64,000 bases of DNA, taken from positions 39,827,816 through 39,891,815 of the forward strand of contig CP154954.1 of assembly GCA_039621445.1 (NCBI GenBank), read 5' to 3'. Made by a program: the position numbers and the translations under genes. Position 1 is the stretch's first letter. Every line of letters starts with the position of its first letter. The notes under the pieces were generated by a model. The model searched no databases. It saw only the letters and a list, made by a program, of their open reading frames with translations, and was not told where the DNA came from. Positions 24,101 to 39,149 of the stretch are shown here, piece by piece. Source of the stretch: Euglena gracilis (Eukaryota).

Positions 24101-26381
24101 ACACAAGGGATTTTGTTGTTTTGGGGCCCTCGAACAGTTGGGCAACCAAAGGGATTTGCCCCCCCAAAACGGGTGGGTAACACAAGGGATTTTGTTATTT
24201 TGGGGCCCTCGAACCGTTGGGCAACCAAAGGGATTTGCCCCCCCAAAACGGGTGGGTAACACAAGGGATTTTGTTGTTTTGGGGCCCTCGAACAGTTGGG
24301 CAACAAAAGGGATTTGCCCCCCCCCCAAAACGGGTGGGTAACACAAGGGATTTTGTTGTTTTGGGGCCCTCGAACAGTTCGGCAACCAAAGGGATTTGCC
24401 CCCCCAAAACGGGTGGGTAACACAAGGGATTTTGTTGTTTTGGGGCCCTCGAACAGTTGGGCAACAAAAGGGTTTTGCCCCCCCCAAAACGGGTGGGTAA
24501 CACAAGGGATTTTGTTGTTTTGGGGCCCTCGAACAGTTGGGCAACAAAAGGGATTTGCCCCCCCAAAACGGGTGGGTAACACAAGGGATTTTGTTGTTTT
24601 GGGGCCCTCGAACAGTTGGGCAACAAAACGGATTTGCCCCCCAAAACGAATGGGTAACACAAGGGATTTTGTTGTTTTGGGGCCCTCGAACAGTTCGGCA
24701 ACCAAAGGGATTTGCCCCCCCAAAACGGGTGGGTAACACAAGGGATTTTGTTATTTTGGGGCCCTCGAACCGTTGGGCAGCAAAAGGGTTTTGCCCCCCC
24801 CAAAACGGGTGGGTAACACAAGAAATTTTGTTATTTTGGGGCCCTCGAACCGTTGGGCAACAAAAGGGTTTTGCCCCCCCCAAAACGGGTGGGTAACACA
24901 AGGGATTTTGTTATTTTGGGGCCCTCGAACCGTTGGGCAACAAAAGGGATTTGCCCCCCCCCCAAAACGGGTGGGTAACACAAGGGATTTTGTTATTTTG
25001 GGGCCCTCGAACAGTTGGGCAACAAAAGGGATTTGCCCCCCCAAAACGGGTGGGTAACACAAGGGATTTTGTTATTTTGGGGCCCTCGAACAGTTCGGCA
25101 ACCAAAGGGATTTGCCCCCCAAAACGGGTGGGTAACACAAGGGATTTTGTTATTTTGGGGCCCTCGAACCGTTCGCCAACCAAAGGGGTTTGTCCCCCAA
25201 AACGGGTGGGTAACACAAGGGATTTTGTTGATTTGGGGCCCTCGAACAGTTGGGCAACAAAACGGATTTGCCCCCCCAAAACGGGTGGGTAACACAAGGG
25301 ATTTTGTTGTTTTGGGGCCCTCGAACAGTTGGGCAGCAAAAGGGTTTTGCCCCCCCCAAAACGGGTGGGTAACACAAGGGATTTTGTTATTTTGGGGCCC
25401 TCGAACCGTTGGGCAACAAAAGGGATTTGCCCCCCCCCAAAACGGGTGGGTGGGTAACACAAGGGATTTTGTTATTTTGGGGCCCTCGAACAGTTGGGCA
25501 ACAAAAGGGATTTGCCCCCCCAAAACGGGTGGGTAACACAAGGGATTTTGTCATTTTGGGGCCCTCGAACCGTTCGCCAACCAAAGGGGTTTGTCCCCCA
25601 AAACGGGTGGGTAACACAAGGGATTTTGTTGTTTTGGGGCCCTCGAACAGTTCGGCAACCAAAGGGATTTGCCCCCCCAAAACGGGTGGGTAACACAAGG
25701 GATTTTGTTGCTTTGGGGCCCTCGAACAGTTGGGCAACAAAAGGGATTTGCCCCCCCAAAACGGGTGGGTAACACAAGGGATTTTGTTATTTTGGGGCCC
25801 TCGAACCGTTGGGCAACAAAAGGGTTCTGCCCCCCCCAAAACGTGTGGGTAACACAAGGGATTTTGATATTTTGGGGCCCTCGAACAGTTGGGCAACCAA
25901 AGGGATTTGCCCCCCAAAACGAATGGGTAACACAAGGGATTTTGTTGTTTTGGGGCCCTCGAACAGTTGGGCAACAAAACGGATTTGCCCCCCCAAAACG
26001 GGTGGGTAACACAAGGGATTTTGTTGTTTTGGGGCCCTCGAACAGTTCGGCAACCAAAGGGATTTGTTCCCCAAAACGGGTGGGTAACACAAGGGATTTT
26101 GTTGTTTTAGGGCCCTCGAACAGTTCGGCAACCAAAGGGATTTGCCCCCCAAAACGGGTGGGTAACACAAGGGATTTTGTTGTTTTGGGGCCCTCGAACA
26201 GTTGGGCAACAAAACGGATTTGCCCCCCCCCAAAACGGGTGGGTAACACAAGGGATTTTGTTGATTTGGGGCCCTCGAACAGTTCGGCAACCAAAGGGAT
26301 CTGCCCCCCCCAAAACGGGTGGGTAACACAAGGGATTTTGTTGTTTTGGGGCCCTCGAACAGTTCGGGCAACCAAAAAAAA

Positions 26382-26413
<32 letters not shown>

Positions 26414-29400
26414 AGATCACACAAACCCCGCCCCCTTTCCCCACACCCCCCCCCCTAGAAGATTTTCGCCCCCCAAAACGGGTGGGTAACACAAGGGATT
26501 TTGTTGTTTTGGGGCCCTCGAACAGTTGGGCAACAAAAGGGATTTGCCCCCCAAAACGGGTGGGTAACACAAGGGATTTTGTTGTTTTGGGGCCCTCGAA
26601 CAGTTGGGCAACAAAACGGATTTGCCCCCCAAAACGGGTGGGTAACACAAGGGATTTTGTTGTTTTGGGGCCCTCGAACAGTTCGGCAACCAAAGGGATT
26701 TGCCCCCCAAAACGGGTGGGTAACACAAGGGATTTTGTTATTTTGGGGCCCTCGAACAGTTGGGCAACAAAAGGGTTTTGCCCCCCCCAAACGGGTGGGT
26801 AACACAAGGGATTTTGTTATTTTGGGGCCCTCGAACCGTTGGGCAACAAAAGGGTTTTGCCCCCCCCAAAACGGGTGGGTAACACAAGGGATTTTGTTAT
26901 TTTGGGGCCCTTGAACCGTTCGCCAACCAAAGGGGTTTGTCCCCCAAAACGGGTGGGTAACACAAGGGATTTTGTTGTTTTGGGGCCCTCGAACAGTTCG
27001 GCAGCAAAACGGATTTGCCCCCCCAAAACGGGTGGGTAACACAAGGGATTTTGTTGTTTTGGGGCCCTCGAACAGTTGGGCAGCAAAAGGGTTTTGCCCC
27101 CCCCAAAACGGGTGGGTAACACAAGGGATTTTGTTATTTTGGGGCCCTCGAACAGTTGGGCAACAAAAGGGATTTGCCCCCCCAAAACGGGTGGGTAACA
27201 CAAGGGATTTTGTTGTTTTGGGGCCCTCGAACAGTTGGGCAACAAAAGGGATTTGCCCCCCCAAAACGGGTGGGTAACACAAGGGATTTTGTCAGTTTGG
27301 GGCCCTCGAACAGTTCGGCAACCAAAGGGATTTGCCCCCCCAAAACGGGTGGGTAACACAAGGGATTTTGTTATTTTGGGGCCCTTGAACCGTTCGCCAA
27401 CCAAAGGGGTTTGTCCCCCAAAACGGGTGGGTAACACAAGGGATTTTGTTATTTTGGGGCCCTCGAACAGTTGGGCAACAAAACGGATTTGCCCCCCCAA
27501 AACGGGTGGGTAACACAAGGGATTTTGTTGTTTTGGGGCCCTCGAACAGTTGGGCAGCAAAAGGGTTTTGCCCCCCCCAAAACGGGTGGGTAACACAAGG
27601 GATTTTGTTATTTTGGGGCCCTCGAACCGTTGGGCAACAAAAGGGATTTGCCCCCCCCCCCAAAACGGGTGGGTAACACAAGGGATTTTGTTATTTTGGG
27701 GCCCTCGAACAGTTGGGCAACAAAAGGGATTTGCCCCCCAAAACGGGTGGGTAACACAAGGGATTTTGTCATTTTGGGGCCCTCGAACCGTTCGCCAACC
27801 AAAGGGGTTTGCCCCCCAAAACGGGTGGGTAACACAAGGGATTTTGTTGTTTTGGGGCCCTCGAACAGTTCGGCAACCAAAGGGATTTGCCCCCCCAAAA
27901 CGGGTGGGTAACACAAGGGATTTTGTTGCTTTGGGGCCCTCGAACAGTTGGGCAACAAAAGGGATTTGCCCCCCCAAAACGGGTGGGTAACACAAGGGAT
28001 TTTGTTATTTTGGGGCCCTCGAACCGTTGGGCAACAAAAGGGTTCTGCCCCCCCCCAAAACGTGTGGGTAACACAAGGGATTTTGATATTTTGGGGCCCT
28101 CGAACAGTTGGGCAACCAAAGGGATTTGCCCCCCAAAACGGGTGGGTAACACAAGGGATTTTGTTGTTTTGGGGCCCTCGAACAGTTGGGCAACAAAACG
28201 GATTTGCCCCCCAAAACGGGTGGGTAACACAAGGGATTTTGTTGTTTTGGGGCCCTCGAACAGTTCGGCAACCAAAGGGATTTGCCCCCCCAAAACGGGT
28301 GGGTAACACAAGGGATTTTGTTGTTTTGGGGCCCTCGAACAGTTCGGCAACAAAACGGATTTGCCCCCCCAAAACGGGTGGGTAACACAAGGGATTTTGT
28401 TGATTTGGGGCCCTCGAACAGTTCGGCAACCAAAGGGATTTGCCCCCCCCAAAACGGGTGGGTAACACAAGGGATTTTGTTGTTTTGGGGCCCTCGAACA
28501 GTTGGGCAACAAAACGGATTTGCCCCCCCCAAAACGGGTGGGTAACACAAGGGATTTTGTTATTTTGGGGCCCTCGAACAGTTCGGCAACAAAAGGGATT
28601 TGCCCCCCAAAACGGGTGGGTAACACAAGGGATTTTGTTGTTTTGGGGCCCTCGAACAGTTGGGCAACAAAACGGATTTGCCCCCCAAAACGGGTGGGTA
28701 ACACAAGGGATTTTGTTGTTTTGGGGCCCTCGAACAGTTGGGCAACCAAAGGGATTTGCCCCCCCAAAACGGGTGGGTAACACAAGGGATTTTGTTATTT
28801 TGGGGCCCTCGAACAGTTGGGCAACAAAAGGGATTTGCCCCCCCAAAACGGGTGGGTAACACAAGGGATTTTGTTGTTTTGGGGCCCTCGAACAGTTCGC
28901 CAACCAAAGGGGTTTGCCCCCCAAAACGGGTGGGTAACACAAGGGATTTTGTTGTTTTGGGGCCCTCGAACAGTTGGGCAACCAAAGGGATTTGCCCCCC
29001 CAAAACGGGTGGGTAACACAAGGGATTTTGTTGTTTTGGGGCCCTCGAACAGTTGGGCAACCAAAGGGGTTTGCCCCCCAAAACGGGTGGGTAACACAAG
29101 GGATTTTGTTATTTTGGGGCCCTCGAACCGTTGGGCAACAAAAGGGTTCTGCCCCCCCAAAACGTGTGGGTAACACAAGGGATTTTGTTATTTTGGGGCC
29201 CTCGAACAGTTGGGCAACCAAAGGGATTTGCCCCCCAAAACGGGTGGGTAACACAAGGGATTTTGTTGTTTTGGGGCCCTCGAACAGTTGGGCAACAAAA
29301 CGGATTTGCCCCCCCAAAACGGGTGGGTAACACAAGGGATTTTGTTGTTTTGGGGCCCTCGAACAGTTCGGCAACCAAAGGGATTTGCCCCCCCAAAACG

Positions 29401-32400
29401 GGTGGGTAACACAAGGGATTTTGTTGTTTTGGGGCCCTCGAACAGTTCGGCAACAAAACGGATTTGCCCCCCAAAACGGGTGGGTAACACAAGGGATTTT
29501 GTTGATTTGGGGCCCTCGAACAGTTCGGCAACCAAAGGGATTTGCCCCCCCAAAACGGGTGGGTAACACAAGGGATTTTGTTATTTTGGGGCCCTCGAAC
29601 AGTTGGGCAACAAAACGGATTTGCCCCCCCAAAACGGGTGGGTAACACAAGGGATTTTGTTGATTTGGGGCCCTCGAACAGTTCGGCAACCAAAGGGATT
29701 TGCCCCCCCAAAACGGGTGGGTAACACAAGGGATTTTGTTATTTTGGGGCCCTCGAACAGTTCGGCAACCAAAGGGATTTGCCCCCCCAAAACGGGTGGG
29801 TAACACAAGGGATTTTGTTATTTTGGGGCCCTCGAACAGTTCGGCAACCAAAGGGATTTGCCCCCCCAAAACGGGTGGGTAACACAAGGGATTTTGTTGA
29901 TTTGGGGCCCTCGAACAGTTGGGCAACAAAACGGATTTGCCCCCCCAAAACGGGTGGGTAACACAAGGGATTTTGTTGTTTTGGGGCCCTCGAACAGTTG
30001 GGCAGCAAAAGGGTTTTGCCCCCCAAAACGGGTGGGTAACACAAGGGATTTTGTTATTTTGGGGCCCTCGAACAGTTGGGCAACAAAAGGGATTTGCCCC
30101 CCCCAAAACGGGTGGGTAACACAAGGGATTTTGTTGTTTTGGGGCCCTCGAACAGTTCGGCAACCAAAGGGATTTGCCCCCCAAAACGGGTGGGTAACAC
30201 AAGGGATTTTGTTATTTTGGGGCCCTCGAACAGTTGGGCAACAAAACGGATTTGCCCCCCAAAACGGGTGGGTAACACAAGGGATTTTGTTATTTTGGGG
30301 CCCTCGAACAGTTGGGCAACAAAAGGGATTTGCCCCCCCAAAACGGGTGGGTAACACAAGGGATTTTGTTATTTTGGGGCCCTCGAACAGTTGGGCAACA
30401 AAAGGGATTTGCCCCCCCCCCCAAAACGGGTGGGTAACACAAGGGATTTTGTTGTTTTGGGGCCCTCGAACAGTTGGGCAACAAAACGGATTTGCCCCAC
30501 AAAACGAATGGGTAACACAAGGGATTTTGTTGTTTTGGGGCCCTCGAACAGTTGGGCAACAAAACGGATTTGCCCCCCCCAAAACGGGTGGGTAACAAGG
30601 GATTTTGTTGTTTTGGGGCCGTCGAACAGTTGGGCAACAAAACGGATTTGCCCCCCCAAAACGGGTGGGTAACACAAGGGATTTTGTTATTTTGGGGCCC
30701 TCGAACAGTTGGGCAACAAAAGGGATTTGCCCCCCAAAACGGGTGGGTAACACAAGGGATTTTGTTGTTTTGGGGCCCTCGAACAGTTGGGCAACAAAAC
30801 GGATTTGCCCCCCCAAAACGGGTGGGTAACACAAGGGATTTTGTCATTTTGGGGCCCTCGAACCGTTCGCCAACCAAAGGGTTTGTCCCCCAAAACGGGT
30901 GGGTAACACAAGGGATTTTGTTGTTTTGGGGCCCTCGAACAGTTCGGCAACCAAAGGGATTTGCCCCCCCCGAAACGGGTGGGTAACACAAGGGATTTTG
31001 TTATTTTGGGGCCCTCGAACAGTTCGGTAACAAAAAGGTTTTGCCCCCCCCCAAAACGGGTGGGTAACACAAGGGATTTTGTTGTTTTGGGGCCCTCGAA
31101 CAGTTGGGCAACAAAAGGGATTTGCCCCCAAAACGGATGGGTAACACAAGGGATTTTGTTATTTTGGGGCCCTCGAAGAGTTAGGCAACAAAAGGGATTT
31201 GCCCCCCAAAACGGGTGGGTAACACAAGGGATTTTGTTGTTTTGGGGCCCTCGAACAGTTGGGCAACAAAACGGATTTGCCCCCCAAAACGGGTGGGTAA
31301 CACAAGGGATTTTGTTATTTTGGGGCCCTCGAACAGTTGGGCAACAAAACGGATTTGCCCCCCAAAACGGATGGGTAACACAAGGGATTTTGTTGATTTG
31401 GGGCCCTCGAACAGTTCGGCAACCAAAGGGATTTGCCCCCCAAAACAGGTGGGTAACACAAGGGATTTTGTTATTTTGGGGCCCTCGAACAGTTTGGCAA
31501 CCAAAGGGATTTGCCCCCCCAAAACGGGTGTGTAACACAAGGGATTTTGTTATTTTGGGGCCCTCGAACAGTTGGGCAACAAAAGGGATTTGCCCCCCAA
31601 AACGGGTGGGTAACACAAGGGATTTTGTTATTTTGGGGCCCTCGAACAGTTGGGCAACAAAAGGGATTTGCCCCCCAAAACGGGTGGGTAACACAAGGGA
31701 TTTTGTTATTTTGGGGCCCTCGAACAGTTGGGCAACAAAACGGATTTGCCCCCCAAAGCGGGTGGGTAACACAAGGGATTTTGTCATTTTGGGGCCCTCG
31801 AACAGTTTGGCAACCAAAGGGATTTGCCCCCCCCAAAACGGGTGGGTAACACAAGGGATTTTGTTATTTTGGGGCCCTCGAACAGTTCGGTAACAAAAGG
31901 GTTTTGCCCCCCCCCAAAACGGGTGGGTAACACAAGGGATTTTGTTGTTTTGGGGCCCTCGAACAGTTGGGCAACAAAAGGGATTTGCCCCCAAAACGGA
32001 TGGGTAACACAAGGGATTTTGTTATTTTGGGGCCCTCGAAGAGTTAGGCAACAAAAGGGATTTGCCCCCCAAAACGGGTGGGTAACACAAGGGATTTTGT
32101 TGTTTTGGGGCCCTCGAACAGTTCGGCAACAAAACGGATTTGCCCCCCAAAACGGGTGGGTAACACAAGGGATTTTGTCATTTTGGGGCCCTCGAACCGT
32201 TCGCCAACCAAAGGGGTTTGTCCCCCAAAACGGGTGGGTAACACAAGGGATTTTGTTGATTTGGGGCCCTCGAACAGTTCGGCAACCAAAGGGATTTGCC
32301 CCCCAAAACGGGTGGGTAACACAAGGGATTTTGTTGTTTTGGGGCCCTCGAACAGTTGGGCAACAAAAGGGATTTGCCCCCCCAAAACGGGTGGGTAACA

Positions 32401-34727
32401 CAAGGGATTTTGTTATTTTGGGGCCCTCGAACAGTTCGGCAACCAAAGGGATTTGCCCCCCAAAACGGGTGGGTAACACAAGGGATTTTGTTGTTTTGGG
32501 GCCCTCGAACAGTTGGGCAACAAAAGGGATTTGCCCCCCAAAACGGGTGGGTAACACAAGGGATTTTGTTATTTTGGGGCCCTCGAAGAGTTAGGCAACA
32601 AAAGGGATTTGCCCCCCAAAACGGGTGGGTAACACAAGGGATTTTGTTGTTTTGGGGCCCTCGAACAGTTGGGCAACAAAAGGGATTTGCCCCCCAAAAC
32701 GAATGGGTAACACAAGGGATTTTGTTGTTTTGGGGCCCTCGAACAGTTCGGCAACCAAAGGGATTTGCCCCCCAAAACGGGTGGGTAACACAAGGGATTT
32801 TGTTATTTTGGGGCCCTCGAACAGTTGGGCAACAAAAGGGATTTGCCCCCCAAAACGAATGGGTAACACAAGGGATTTTGTTATTTTGGGGCCCTCGAAC
32901 AGTTGGGCAACAAAAGGGATTTGCCCCCCAAAACGGGTGGGTAACACAAGGGATTTTGTTGTTTTGGGGCCCTCGAACAGTTGGGCAGCAAAAGGGTTTT
33001 GCCCCCCCCCAAAACGGGTGGGTAACACAAGGGATTTTGTTGTTTTGGGGCCCTCGAACAGTTGGGCAACCAAAGGGATTTGCCCCCCAAAACGGGTGGG
33101 TAACACAAGGGATTTTGTTATTTTGGGGCCCTCGAACAGTTCGGCAACAAAAGGGATTTGCCCCCCAAAACGGGTGGGTAACACAAGGGATTTTGTTGTT
33201 TTGGGGCCCTCGAACAGTTGGGCAACCAAAGGGATTTGCCCCCCCCCCCCAAAACGGGTGGGTAACACAAGGGATTTTGTCATTTTGGGGCCCTCGAACC
33301 GTTCGCCAACCAAAGGGGTTTGTTCCCCAAAACGGGTGGGTAACACAAGGGATTTTGTTGTTTTGGGGCCCTCGAACAGTTCGGCAACCAAAGGGATTTG
33401 CCCCCCCAAAACGGGTGGGTAACACAAGGGATTTTGTTGTTTTGGGGCCCTCGAACAGTTGGGCAACCAAAGGGATTTGCCCCCCAAAACGGGTGGGTAA
33501 CACAAGGGATTTTGTTGTTTTGGGGCCCTCGAACAGTTCGGCAACCAAAGGGATTTGCCCCCCCAAAACGGGTGGGTAACACAAGGGATTTTGTTATTTT
33601 GGGGCCCTCGAACAGTTTGGCAACCAAAGGGATTTGCCCCCCCAAAACGGGTGGGTAACACAAGGGATTTTGTTATTTTGGGGCCCTCGAACAGTTCGGT
33701 AACAAAAGGGTTTTGCCCCCACCCCAAAACGGGTGGGTAACACAAGGGATTTTGTTGTTTTGGGGCCCTCGAACAGTTGGGCAACAAAAGGGATTTGCCC
33801 CCAAAACGGATGGGTAACACAAGGGATTTTGTTATCTTGGGGCCCTCGAACAGTTGGGCAACAAAAGGGATTTGCCCCCAAAACGGGTGGGTAACACAAG
33901 GGATTTTGTTATTTTGGGGCCCTCGAACAGTTGGGCAACAAAACGGATTTGCCCCCCAAAGCGGGTGGGTAACACAAGGGATTTTGTCATTTTGGGGCCC
34001 TCGAACAGTTTGGCAACCAAAGGGATTTGCCCCCCAAAACGGGTGGGTAACACAAGGGATTTTGTTATTTTGGGGCCCTCGAACAGTTCGGTAACAAAAG
34101 GGTTTTGCCCCCCCAAAACGGGTGGGTAACACAAGGGATTTTGTTGTTTTGGGGCCCTCGAACAGTTGGGCAACAAAAGGGATTTGCCCCCCCAAAACGG
34201 GTGGGTAACACAAGGGATTTTGTTATTTTGGGGCCCTCGAACAGTTCGGCAACAAAACGGATTTGCCCCCCAAAACGGGTGGGTAACACAAGGGATTTTG
34301 TCATTTTGGGGCCCTCGAACCGTTCGCCAACCAAAGGGGTTTGTCCCCCAAAACGGGTGGGTAACACAAGGGATTTTGTTGATTTGGGGCCCTCGAACAG
34401 TTCGGCAACCAAAGGGATTTGCCCCCCAAAACGGGTGGGTAACACAAGGGATTTTGTTGTTTTGGGGCCCTCGAACAGTTCGGCAACCAAAGGGATTTGC
34501 CCCCCCCCCCAAAACGGGTGGGTAACACAAGGGATTTTGTTATTTTGGGGCCCTCGAACAGTTGGGCAACAAAAGGGATTTGCCCCCCCAAAACGAATGG
34601 GTAACACAAGGGATTTTGTTATTTTGGGGCCCTCGAACAGTTCGGCAACAAAAGGGATTTGCCCCCCCCCCCCAAAACGGGTGGGTAACACAAGGGATTT
34701 TGTTGTTTTGGGGCCCAACCGTTGGCA

Positions 34728-34760
<33 letters not shown>

Positions 34761-37700
34761 AAAAAAAAAACATGGATTTGCCCCCCAAAACGGGTGGGTA
34801 ACACAAGGGATTTTGTTATTTTGGGGCCCTCGAACAGTTGGGCAACAAAAGGGATTTGCCCCCCCCAAAACGGGTGGGTAACACAAGGGATTTTGTTGTT
34901 TTGGGGCCCTCGAACAGTTGGGCAACCAAAGGGATTTGCCCCCCCCCCCAAAACGGGTGGGTAACACAAGGGATTTTGTCATTTTGGGGCCCTCGAACCG
35001 TTCGCCAACCAAAGGGGTTTGTTCCCCAAAACGGGTGGGTAACACAAGGGATTTTGTTGTTTTGGGGCCCTCGAACAGTTCGGCAACCAAAGGGATTTGC
35101 CCCCCCAAAACGGGTGGGTAACACAAGGGATTTTGTTGTTTTGGGGCCCTCGAACAGTTGGGCAACCAAAGGGATTTGCCCCCCAAAACGGGTGGGTAAC
35201 ACAAGGGATTTTGTTGTTTTGGGGCCCTCGAACAGTTCGGCAACCAAAGGGATTTGCCCCCCAAAACGGGTGGGTAACACAAGGGATTTTGTTATTTTGG
35301 GGCCCTCGAACAGTTCGGCAACCAAAGGGATTTGCCCCCCAAAACGGGTGGGTAACACAAGGGATTTTGTTATTTTGGGGCCCTCGAACAGTTCGGTAAC
35401 AAAAGGGTTTTGCCCCCACCCCAAAACGGGTGGGTAACACAAGGGATTTTGTTGTTTTGGGGCCCTCGAACAGTTGGGCAACAAAAGGGATTTGCCCCCC
35501 CAAAACGGATGGGTAACACAAGGGATTTTGTTATTTTGGGGCCCTCGAACAGTTCGGCAACAAAAGGGATTTGCCCCCCAAAACGGGTGGGTAACACAAG
35601 GGATTTTGTTATTTTGGGGCCCTCGAACAGTTCGGCAACCAAAGGGATTTGCCCCCCAAAACGGGTGGGTAACACAAGGGATTTTGTTGTTTTGGGGCCC
35701 TCGAACAGTTGGGCAACAAAAGGGATTTGCCCCCCCCAAAACGGGTGGGTAACACAAGGGATTTTGTTATTTTGGGGCCCTCGAACAGTTGGGCAACAAA
35801 AGGGATTTGCCCCCCCAAAACGGGTGGGTAACACAAGGGATTTTGTTATTTTGGGGCCCTCGAACAGTTCGGCAACCAAAGGGATTTGCCCCCCAAAACG
35901 GGTGGGTAACACAAGGGATTTTGTTGTTTTGGGGCCCTCGAACAGTTCGGCAGCAAAAGGGATTTGCCCCCCAAAACGGGTGGGTAACACAAGGGATTTT
36001 GTTGTTTTGGGGCCCTCGAACAGTTGGGCAACAAAACGGATTTGCCCCCCCCCCCAAAGCGGGTGGGTAACACAAGGGATTTTGTCGTTTTGGGGCCCTC
36101 GAACAGTTGGGCACCAAAACGGATTTGCCCCCCAAAGCGGGTGGGTAACACAAGGGATTTTGTTGATTTGGGGCCCTCGAACAGTTCGCCAACCAAAGGG
36201 ATTTGCCCCCCAAAACGGGTGGGTAACACAAGGGATTTTGTTATTTTGGGGCCCTCGAACAGTTGGGCAACAAAACGGATTTGCCCCCCAAAACGAATGG
36301 GTAACACAAGGGATTTTGTTGTTTTGGGGCCCTCGAACAGTTGGGCAACAAAACGGATTTGCCCCCCCAAAACGGGTGGGTAACACAAGGGATTTTGTTA
36401 TTTTGGGGCCCTCGAACAGTTGGGCAACAAAAGGGATTTGCCCCCCCAAAACGGGTGGGTAACACAAGGGATTCTGTTGTTTTGGGGCCCTCGAACAGTT
36501 GGGCAGCAAAAGGGATTTGCCCCCCCAAAACGGGTGGGTAACACAAGGGATTTTGTTATTTTGGGGCCCTCGAACAGTTGGGCAACAAAAGGGATTTGCC
36601 CCCCAAAACGGGTGGGTAACACAAGGGATTTTGTTGTTTTGGGGCCCTCGAACAGTTCGGCAACAAAAAGGAAGGGGTTGCCCCCCAAAACGGGTGGGTA
36701 ACACAAGGGATTTTGTTGTTTTGGGGCCCTCGAACAGTTGGGCAACAAAACGGATTTGCCCCAAAAAACGGGTGGGTAAAACAAGGGATTTGTCCCCCAA
36801 AACGGATGGGTAACACAAGGGATCTTGTTATTTTGGGGCCCTCGAACAGTTCGGCAACCAAAGGGATTTGCCCCCCAAAACGGGTGGGTAACACAAGGGA
36901 TTTTGTTATTTTGGGGCCCTCGAACAGTTCGGCAACCAAAGGGATTTGCCCCCCCAAAACGGGTGGGTAACACAAGGGATTTTGTTGCTTTGGGGCCCTC
37001 GAACAGTTGGGCAACAAAAGGGATTTGCCCCCCCCAAAACGGGTGGGTAACACAAGGGATTTTGTTATTTTGGGGCCCTCGAACAGTTCGGCAACAAAAG
37101 GGATTTGCCCCCCAAAACGGGTGGGTAACACAAGGGATTTTGTTGTTTTGGGGCCCTCGAACAGTTGGGCAACAAAAGGGATTTGCCCCCCCAAAACGGG
37201 TGGGTAACACAAGGGATTTTGTTGTTTTGGGGCCCTCGAACCGTTGGGCAACAAAAGGGATTTGCCCCCCAAAACGGGTGGGTAACACAAGGGATTTTGT
37301 TATTTTGGGGCCCTCGAACAGTTGGGCAACCAAAGGGATTTGCCCCCCAAAACGGGTGGGTAACACAAGGGATTTTGTTATTTTGGGGCCCTCGAACCGT
37401 TCGCCAACCAAAGGGATTTGCCCCCCAAAACGGGTGGGTAACACAAGGGATTTTGTTGTTTTGGGGCCCTCGAACAGTTCGGCAACCAAAGGGATTTGCC
37501 CCCCAAAACGGGTGGGTAACACAAGGGATTTTGTTGTTTTGGGGCCCTCGAACCGTTTGGCAACCAAAGGGATTTGCCCCCCAAAACGGGTGGGTAACAC
37601 AAGGGATTTTGTTGTTTTGGGGCCCTCGAACAGTTCGGCAACCAAAGGGATTTGCCCCCCAAAACGGGTGGGTAACACAAGGGATTTTGTTATTTTGGGG

Positions 37701-39054
37701 CCCTCGAACAGTTTGGCAACCAAAGGGATTTGCCCCCCCAAAACGGGTGTGTAACACAAGGGATTTTGTTATTTTGGGGCCCTCGAACAGTTCGGCAACA
37801 AAAGGGATTTGCCCCCCCCCAAAACGGGTGGGTAACACAAGGGATTTTGTTGTTTTGGGGCCCTCGAACAGTTGGGCAACAAAAGGGATTTGCCCCCAAA
37901 ACGGATGGGTAACACAAGGGATTTTGTTGTTTTGGGGCCCTCGAACAGTTGGGCAACAAAAGGGATTTGCCCCCCAAAACGGGTGGGTAACACAAGGGAT
38001 TTTGTTATTTTGGGGCCCTCGAACAGTTCGGCAACCAAAGGGATTTGCCCCCCAAAACGGGTGGGTAACACAAGGGATTTTGTTGTTTTGGGGCCCTCGA
38101 ACAGTTGGGCAACAAAAGGGATTTGCCCCCCAAAACGGGTGGGTAACACAAGGGATTTTGTTATTTTGGGGCCCTCGAACAGTTGGGCAACAAAAGGGAT
38201 TTGCCCCCCAAAACGGGTGGGTAACACAAGGGATTTTGTTGTTTTGGGGCCCTCGAACCGTTGGCAGCAAAAGGGATTTGCCCCCCAAAACGGGTGGGTA
38301 ACACAAGGGATTTTGTTGTTTTGGGGCCCTCGAACAGTTGGGCAACAAAAGGGTTTCCCCCCCCCCCAAAACGGGTGGGTAACACAAGGGATTTTGTTGT
38401 TTTGGGGCCCTCGAACAGTTGGGCAACAAAACGGATTTGCCCCCCAAAGCGGGTGGGTAACACAAGGGATTTTGTCATTTTGGGGCCCTCGAACAGTTGG
38501 GCAACAAAACGGATTTGCCCCCCAAAACGGGTGGGTAACACAAGGGATTTTGTTGATTTGGGGCCCTCGAACAGTTCGGCAACCAAAGGGATTTGCCCCC
38601 CCCCCCAAAACGGGTGGGTAACACAAGGGATTTTGTTGTTTTGGGGCCCTCGAACCGTTGGGCAACAAAAGGGATTTGCCCCCCAAAACGGGTGGGTAAC
38701 ACAAGGGATTTGGTGTTTTGGGGGCCCTCGAACAGTTGGGCAACAAAAGGGATTTGCCCCCCAAAACGGGTGGGTAACACAAGGGATTTTGTTATTTTGG
38801 GGCCCTCGAACCGTTGGGCAACAAAAGGGATTTGCCCCCCCAAAACGGGTGGGTAACACAAGGGATTCTGTTGCTTTGGGGCCCTCGAACAGTTGGGCAG
38901 CAAAAGGGATTTGCCCCCCAAAACGGGTGGGTAACACAAGGGATTTTGTTATTTTGGGGCCCTCGAACAGTTGGGCAACAAAAGGGATTTGCCCCCCCAA
39001 AACGGGTGGGTAACACAAGGGATTCTGTTGTTTTGGGGCCCTCAAACAGTTCGG

Positions 39055-39105
<51 letters not shown>

Positions 39106-39114
39106 CTCGCCCCC

Positions 39115-39149
<35 letters not shown>

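Noticed and set aside
26366-26466. Poly-A/poly-C interruptions in the satellite (also 34716-34776 and 39058-39185) as retroposon tails
   Set aside because: No TSD or element body; they replace about one monomer and look like low-quality consensus.
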